Shown: positions 8,315-13,462 of the stretch, piece by piece
How the letters are laid out: the number at the start of each line of letters is the position of its first letter
How positions within the stretch are numbered: the first letter of the stretch is position 1
Assembly: GCA_043814095.1 (NCBI GenBank)
Contig: JBDRKI010000033.1
Location: 1 to 13,462, forward strand
Source: Armatimonadota bacterium
GTDB lineage: Bacteria > Vulcanimicrobiota > JACPDS01 > JBDRKI01
Direction: 5' to 3'
DNA: 13,462 bases
The notes under the pieces: generated by a model
Database searches by the model: none
Told to the model about the DNA's origin: nothing
The model's input: the letters and a program-made list of their open reading frames with translations, nothing else
Made by a program: the position numbers and the translations under genes

Positions 8315-9448
8315 ATGCACTCTTTAAAAAAGAAACAAAAAAAAGAACCGGCAAAGAAAAATAAAAAAGTAAAAAAACCGCTATGGGAGCGTATCCCGAA
8401 TTTCAAGAAGATAAGCCCCGTGACAGTCTCTATATTCGCGCGCCAGCTCGCGGTTCTGTTCAGATCCGGTATAACCATGGTAAGGGCATTAAAGATTTTA
8501 CATGACCAGGCAGAAGATAAAAGATTTAAGGAAATACTCGGGGAGATCTATGTTGATATATGTAAAGGACATACCTTAGCTTATGCTTTCGGCAGGCACC
8601 TTGAGGCTTTCCCCATACATTATGTGGCAATGATACATGCCGGAGAGACCAGCGGGGATCTTGTCAGGATACTCAATAAAATAGCCAGGGACATGGAGAA
8701 AGAAGTCCAGCTGGGAAAGAAGATAAAATCAGCCATGGTATACCCGTTTTTTGTTGTTCTTTCTTCTGTGGCATCCATAATATTTATGATAAAATACATA
8801 ATACCGTTATTCATACCCATGTTTGACCAGGCCAAAAAGACCCTGCCTCTGCCTACACAGTTTCTTATTTACTTATCCAAAACAAGCAACAACCTCAAGG
8901 GGATAATTATAATCCTGGTATCCATGATTATAATATTCCTAATAACAAGGGCATATCTCAAAACAAAGCATGGCAGGCTTGTATCAAGCATTATACTCTT
9001 AAACCTGCCTGTTATAGGCAAGACGGTTAAAATGATATGTATTATAAGGTTCTGCAGGACATTTTCCATGCTTTACGCATCAGGGGTCCCGCTTATACAA
9101 AACTTAAAAACATCAAAAGGGGTTATAGGAAACGAATTTTTATCTGATGAACTGGATAAAGTTATGGAAAACGTACATGCCGTTGACAGCTTCACCATGG
9201 CTTTTGAACAGAGCAGGATATTCCCTAAGATAATAATAGGCATGCTTTCAGTTGGTGAAAGCTCCGGCAAAGTAGCTGAAATTTTAACTAAAATATCAAA
9301 TTTCTATGATGAAGAAATAGAGCATACATTAAACTCTCTTGTGGGAATAATTGAACCCATACTTATAATTTTTCTAGGGGGAGTAACCTCCCTTATAATG
9401 ATAAGCGTATTACTACCTTTATATAATGTACTTTTCAGTTTCGGGTAA
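8315..9448 (+). CDS. pilC: Type IV pilus / T2SS inner-membrane platform protein (PilC/GspF family), cassette 1
   Basis: FARQLAVLFRSGI, MIHAGETSGDL, KIKSAMVYP, LPLPTQ, RFCRTFSMLYASGVP, VGESSG and IIEPILIIFLGG: two T2SSF repeats and three TM segments. ATG directly follows the upstream TAA. Confidence 0.93.
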   Translation: MHSLKKKQKKEPAKKNKKVKKPLWERIPNFKKISPVTVSIFARQLAVLFRSGITMVRALKILHDQAEDKRFKEILGEIYVDICKGHTLAYAFGRHLEAFPIHYVAMIHAGETSGDLVRILNKIARDMEKEVQLGKKIKSAMVYPFFVVLSSVASIIFMIKYIIPLFIPMFDQAKKTLPLPTQFLIYLSKTSNNLKGIIIILVSMIIIFLITRAYLKTKHGRLVSSIILLNLPVIGKTVKMICIIRFCRTFSMLYASGVPLIQNLKTSKGVIGNEFLSDELDKVMENVHAVDSFTMAFEQSRIFPKIIIGMLSVGESSGKVAEILTKISNFYDEEIEHTLNSLVGIIEPILIIFLGGVTSLIMISVLLPLYNVLFSFG

Positions 9449-9460
9449 AAAGGTAAAAAG

Positions 9461-9525
9461 TTTACAAAAATTTAACAAATTGTTAACATTTTGTTAATAC
9501 CTTTGATAGGCTTACATGTTATAAT
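9461..9525 (+). promoter_or_regulatory. Four 11-bp-period TTAACA-like repeats plus extended -10 promoter upstream of the 339-aa gene
   Basis: TTTACA 9461, TTAACA 9472, TTAACA 9483, TTAATA 9494, then TGtTATAAT at 9517-9525. Confidence 0.72.
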
Positions 9526-9560
9526 GGTAATATAAATTTCAATAGATTACGGGATATCCT

Positions 9561-10580
9561 ATGTTAGACAAAAAAACTAAAATAATCATTATAATTCTGG
9601 CTGTAATACTGGCTATAGCAGTATTTGCATATATCCAGGGCCAGTCAGATGTTAACAAAAAAGACGATTCTTCCACAGGAACTTCAGAAGAATCATCCGA
9701 ATCCACAGAAGATGAGAATGCTCCCTTTAAAAAAATGGTTAGGATATACAAAAGAACGATTGGCGGCACACGGAGCGTTCCTCTTGCGGGCGGACCGATT
9801 ATAAGTATAAATATATCAAATCCGCAAAATGCAGGAACATACGTAATTATAGCAAAAGGCGTCTTTGAAGCCACCGGCGGCAGCTTTAATTACGGTAACT
9901 ATATTCTCCCGTACAACTACATAAAAGTGGACGGAAAAACAAGTACAGGTGATGCGGTATTCAATCCCGCAAATACCGATCAGCCCCAGGACGATGGCGA
10001 ATTATTTACCGCAACCTACATGGCAACAATACACCTTACAGAAGGCCTGCATACCTTTGAATGGATAATGGGAACAGAAGCAACGGGCCCGGATAATAAA
10101 GAATATGGCTGCACGGCAAATGCTGTAGGAAAACAGTGTTACATGATTGTGGAATTTTACCCTGATAAAAAAATAGGAGCTGACAATGCTAACGCGAAGA
10201 AAATAGATATACTTGAAAAACATATGCGGGACGGTAAGAATACAGCTGTTGCCGGCTTTAATATGGAGCATGACAGAGGCGTATATGCTGTGGTTTATGC
10301 AAACGCAGACCCCAATGCTGCGTCCATAAACAACCGTGAGGATATCATTTATATTGACAACAAAAACAATGAGATCGGACCAACCTTAAATGAATTTAGC
10401 CAGGGAAGCAATTTTAAAAGAAATATGAATCAACTGGGATTTACAGAAATTACAAGAGTAGACTATCATAATATTTTATGGAACAATAGACACTTTAAAG
10501 AAGCTGTTATAAACAGACCTACTATGGTTGTAAAACTATACCCTAAGGACTTGGTAAAGGAAAAGACTCCTATTGAATAA
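9561..10580 (+). CDS. Membrane-anchored hypothetical protein with Ser/Glu linker and one or two beta-rich domains (candidate adhesin/pilus accessory)
   Basis: N-terminal KKTK followed by a 17-residue hydrophobic helix, then low-complexity DDSSTGTSEESSESTEDE, then beta-strand-patterned regions ending MIVEFYPD and MVVKLYPKD. Overlaps the next gene by 8 nt. Confidence 0.8.
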   Translation: MLDKKTKIIIIILAVILAIAVFAYIQGQSDVNKKDDSSTGTSEESSESTEDENAPFKKMVRIYKRTIGGTRSVPLAGGPIISINISNPQNAGTYVIIAKGVFEATGGSFNYGNYILPYNYIKVDGKTSTGDAVFNPANTDQPQDDGELFTATYMATIHLTEGLHTFEWIMGTEATGPDNKEYGCTANAVGKQCYMIVEFYPDKKIGADNANAKKIDILEKHMRDGKNTAVAGFNMEHDRGVYAVVYANADPNAASINNREDIIYIDNKNNEIGPTLNEFSQGSNFKRNMNQLGFTEITRVDYHNILWNNRHFKEAVINRPTMVVKLYPKDLVKEKTPIE

Positions 10581-11424
10581 AAAGCCGTCTAAAAAAGAAG
10601 GGTTCACATTTATTGAACTCAACATAGCGATTGTAATCCTGCTTATGGGGATACTCTTCGTAGGCTCTTTATTTACATTAAGCTTCAAAAACCATGTAAA
10701 ATCCCAGACAAAGACAACAGCCACATCCCTTGCCCAGCAAAAACTAGCAGAAGCGGCTTCCTTAATAAGGGCAGATAAAACAATATCTGAAACAAAAGGC
10801 ATTTTCAAAGATTATCCCGACTACCAGTATGAGATATCAAAAAAGGGTTTTGACTGGTCTGACCAGCTCCAGCTTCTAACGGTAAAAGTCTGCCGTTATA
10901 TAAACGGTAATCCTTCAACAAGCTCTAAATTATCACAGATAGTTCCCAGGCCTCCTCAGAAATTCAGACTGTACGGGGAACGCTGCCCTAAAGATGTAAT
11001 ACTTGAAGGAAACATAGATGAAGATAACTATATTGTTTCCATAGAAACAAATATACCTGACCCCGGCATATACATAATAAATATATGCGGAACTTTCTTA
11101 ATCCCTACTGACAGATTCATAGATTCCAAAATAACGGCAACCAGCCAGATCTGGTATTATAAAGAAGACGGTGAAAAAACCAAGCTCGGTGAGTCTTCAA
11201 TAAATAATTTTGCAAAAAGACCGGGCGATGACGAATATTCCAATTACCTTAATCCCAACTTTACAGTCATAACAGAACTTGACCCGGGTAAATATACATT
11301 TAAATGGCTGGCATCGGCTCTGCCTTCGGATGAAGAAGTAATATGCTATAAAAATGCCGCAATGATGACCATAGAGTTCCTGCCTGAAGATATGGCAGAG
11401 CTAAAAGAACTTGGCGATCAATAA
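10573..11424 (+). CDS. PilV/GspI-like minor pilin fused to a ~145-aa C-terminal beta-rich domain
   Basis: KKEG^FTFIELNIAIVILLMG with Glu+5; GspI-like core ATSLAQQKLAE...GIFKDYPDYQYEI...LLTVKV; extra domain after a PRPP linker. TTG start. Confidence 0.82.
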   Translation: MNKKPSKKEGFTFIELNIAIVILLMGILFVGSLFTLSFKNHVKSQTKTTATSLAQQKLAEAASLIRADKTISETKGIFKDYPDYQYEISKKGFDWSDQLQLLTVKVCRYINGNPSTSSKLSQIVPRPPQKFRLYGERCPKDVILEGNIDEDNYIVSIETNIPDPGIYIINICGTFLIPTDRFIDSKITATSQIWYYKEDGEKTKLGESSINNFAKRPGDDEYSNYLNPNFTVITELDPGKYTFKWLASALPSDEEVICYKNAAMMTIEFLPEDMAELKELGDQ

Positions 11425-11537
11425 AATACCCATCTATTACCTTTTTTATGCCTCTCTTATTAATCTTTATACACAAAGGATAATTCTTCTATTAAAAGAA
11501 ACAATATTATATATTTTATTTGCTTCTTGGAGTATTA

Positions 11538-11942
11538 ATGAGCAAGGAAAACCGTAAGGGTTTTGCCCTTATTACTGTATTATGTTTTATATCCATACTC
11601 TTTCTGCTTGGAGTGGCCATGACAGGCTATGCGGGAAGCGATCTTCATTTCGCTAATATGCAGAAAAACTCCATACAGGCGCTTTATCTTGCATTATCAG
11701 GTATAGAATACGCTTCGGCGGAATGCGGAAGCTGGAATTTCTCCGGATCTGCGCCTATCGTAAAAACAGAAAAAGTGCCTGATGCGGGAGAATTTACCGT
11801 CTCTGCGAAAGCATTCAAAATAAATAATGTTATTCAATCCATAGATGTAACTTCTGTAGGACAGGCAGGCAAAAACAAAAGAACGGTATACGCGGAGCTT
11901 TCCCCGGGCGGCAGTATTCAAAAAATATACCCGCAGAGGTAA
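11538..11942 (+). CDS. PilX/GspK-like minor (pseudo)pilin, cassette 2 (~134 aa)
   Basis: RKG^FALITVLCFISILFLLG (no Glu+5) and QALYLALSGIEYA. Paralog of 7312-7728. Start at ATG 11538 with GGAG at 11529-11532. Confidence 0.82.
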   Translation: MSKENRKGFALITVLCFISILFLLGVAMTGYAGSDLHFANMQKNSIQALYLALSGIEYASAECGSWNFSGSAPIVKTEKVPDAGEFTVSAKAFKINNVIQSIDVTSVGQAGKNKRTVYAELSPGGSIQKIYPQR

Positions 11943-11945
11943 TAA

Positions 11946-12458
11946 ATGAGGAAAAAGACAAAAGGATTCTCTCTTGTTGAAATGCTTCTTGTATGCGGCA
12001 TCTTCCTTATGGTCATAGTCCTTGCGGGGGATCTTTTCGTAAACGGATGGATATATACAAGGCGCGCCATACCAAGAACAGACCAGTTAAGAACTTCAAG
12101 AAGAGTTGTAAATGATATAACGGATAATATCATGATGAGTAAGGAAATCTACTCCGTAGATCCGCTTGTTTTAGCAAAAAGTTACCGCGATACCAGCGCA
12201 AATATAATTACTGAAATTATAGGGTATATTCCGGAGAAGCAGACTAATATCCTGAGTAACATGTATCAGGTTAATTACAGGAAACCCTATATACCCTCAA
12301 ATCCACAAATTATATCTTCAAAGCTGCTGGGGAAGAATATAAGAAAGTGCGAGATAACCACTGATAACTCAATATATAACATAGATCTGGTAATATTTTC
12401 ACCCAGCCCTGAAGAAGATGATATTACCCTTAAAACAAAAGTTATGAGGAAAATGTAA
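11946..12458 (+). CDS. PilW/GspJ-like prepilin-type protein, cassette 2
   Basis: KKTKG^FSLVEMLLVCGIFLMVIVL with Glu+5. Paralog of 7733-8314. Confidence 0.85.
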   Translation: MRKKTKGFSLVEMLLVCGIFLMVIVLAGDLFVNGWIYTRRAIPRTDQLRTSRRVVNDITDNIMMSKEIYSVDPLVLAKSYRDTSANIITEIIGYIPEKQTNILSNMYQVNYRKPYIPSNPQIISSKLLGKNIRKCEITTDNSIYNIDLVIFSPSPEEDDITLKTKVMRKM

Positions 12459-12461
12459 AAA

Positions 12462-13462
12462 ATGAGTCCTTTAAAGAAAAAAGAAAAAAAACTGAGTTTA
12501 TCCGAGCGGTTTTTAAAATACCAGAAGGTTAATCCCGTATCCATAGCTATCTTTACAAGACAGTTCGCCATTTTATTTATGTCGGGAATACCGATATCAA
12601 AATCCTTATGGATTTTATACGAACAGACTTCTGATCCTAAACTGAAATCCATTCTGGGGGAAGTCTATATAGATGTCTGCAAGCACGGATATCCCCTTTC
12701 TGCCGCTTTCGCGAAACACCCCGACGCCTTTCCTGTCCATTATACCGCAATGATAAAGTCCGGAGAAACAGGGGGGAAACTTGAACAAATTTTAAACCGG
12801 ATGGCCAATAACCAGGAAAAAGAAGTTGAATTTATGAAAAAAATCAAGGCAGCTATGGTTTATCCTGTTGTAATTATAATTGCATCTCTCTTAGCCGTAA
12901 TTTTTATGATAAAATATATTATACCTCTCTTTACGCCTTTCTTCGCGCAAAGCAAAAAAGCTCTGCCTGTTTCCACGCAGATTATTATAGGTTTTTCTAA
13001 AATAATGAATAATTTCTTGGGTATAATGATATTTTTAATTGTTACAGCCCTTATCATTTACTTATTTAGGATGTATATAAAAACCAAAAACGGCAGATTG
13101 CGGTTCAGCATATTTGTATTAAACCTTCCTGTTCTCGGGAAAGCCGTTAAAATGATATCTATTGTAAGATTCTGCAGAATTTTTTCAATGCTTTACGGCA
13201 CGGGGATACCGCTACTTACAAACATGGAAGCATCAAAAGCGGTTTTAAATAACGCATTCCTGGATATAGAGATGGAAAAAATAATAAAAAAAATTCCCGA
13301 AGCTCCAAGCTTCACGGATGTATTTCACCAGAGCGGTATATTTCCCAGAACCATAACAAGCATGATTATGGCCGGAGAGCAGTCCGGTACGGTTTCACAG
13401 TCCCTTGCTAAAATATCAAACTTTTACGATGAAGAAATTGAAAATACTTTAAACACATTAAT
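12462..13462 (+). CDS. pilC: Second PilC/GspF-family platform protein, partial (runs off the window; missing from the ORF track)
   Basis: Manual translation from ATG 12462 is open to the window end: MSPLKKKEKKLSLSERFLKYQKVNPVSIAIFTRQFAILFMSGIP...MIKSGETGGKL...KIKAAMVYP...RFCRIFSMLYGTGIP...AGEQSG...KISNFYDEEIENTLNTL. Colinear with 8315-9448. Confidence 0.93.
   Translation, partial: MSPLKKKEKKLSLSERFLKYQKVNPVSIAIFTRQFAILFMSGIPISKSLWILYEQTSDPKLKSILGEVYIDVCKHGYPLSAAFAKHPDAFPVHYTAMIKSGETGGKLEQILNRMANNQEKEVEFMKKIKAAMVYPVVIIIASLLAVIFMIKYIIPLFTPFFAQSKKALPVSTQIIIGFSKIMNNFLGIMIFLIVTALIIYLFRMYIKTKNGRLRFSIFVLNLPVLGKAVKMISIVRFCRIFSMLYGTGIPLLTNMEASKAVLNNAFLDIEMEKIIKKIPEAPSFTDVFHQSGIFPRTITSMIMAGEQSGTVSQSLAKISNFYDEEIENTLNTL

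Noticed and set aside
8337-8344. A8 tracts near both pilC starts (also 12484-12491) as phase-variation switches
   Set aside because: Explained by Lys codons in an AT-rich genome; both frames are intact and the tracts are short.
7444-13057. Minus-strand ORFs across the pilin locus (175, 114, 71, 66, 65, 111, 89, 90, 74, 71, 121 and 65 aa)
   Set aside because: All overlap motif-supported plus-strand genes; 12287-12652 and 12860-13057 overlap the uncalled second pilC.

Overview
AT-rich bacterial window with two divergent halves. Minus strand, left half: the 5' end of a group IIC self-splicing intron (1-141, cut by the window edge) sits directly after the intrinsic terminator of a ~922-aa acidic coiled-coil orphan protein that has one Gly/Ala-rich hydrophobic segment. 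Upstream of that gene is a three-gene run: M64-family metallopeptidase, SYLF (Ysc84) lipid-binding domain protein, and ETF:quinone oxidoreductase. Plus strand, right half: a type IV filament accessory locus with two paralogous cassettes, each PilX/GspK-like + PilW/GspJ-like + PilC/GspF. The second PilC runs off the window and is absent from the ORF track. Between the cassettes lie a membrane-anchored 339-aa protein and a PilV/GspI-like pilin that visibly share a beta-rich domain (two clear copies, possibly three). No ATPase, prepilin peptidase, major pilin or secretin is in the window. An array of four TTAACA-like boxes at exact 11-bp spacing, including an identical 20-mer, lies upstream of both the 922-aa gene and the 339-aa/pilin genes, suggesting co-regulation by an OmpR/PhoB-type regulator. 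Family calls come from motif recognition by eye; no database searches were run.
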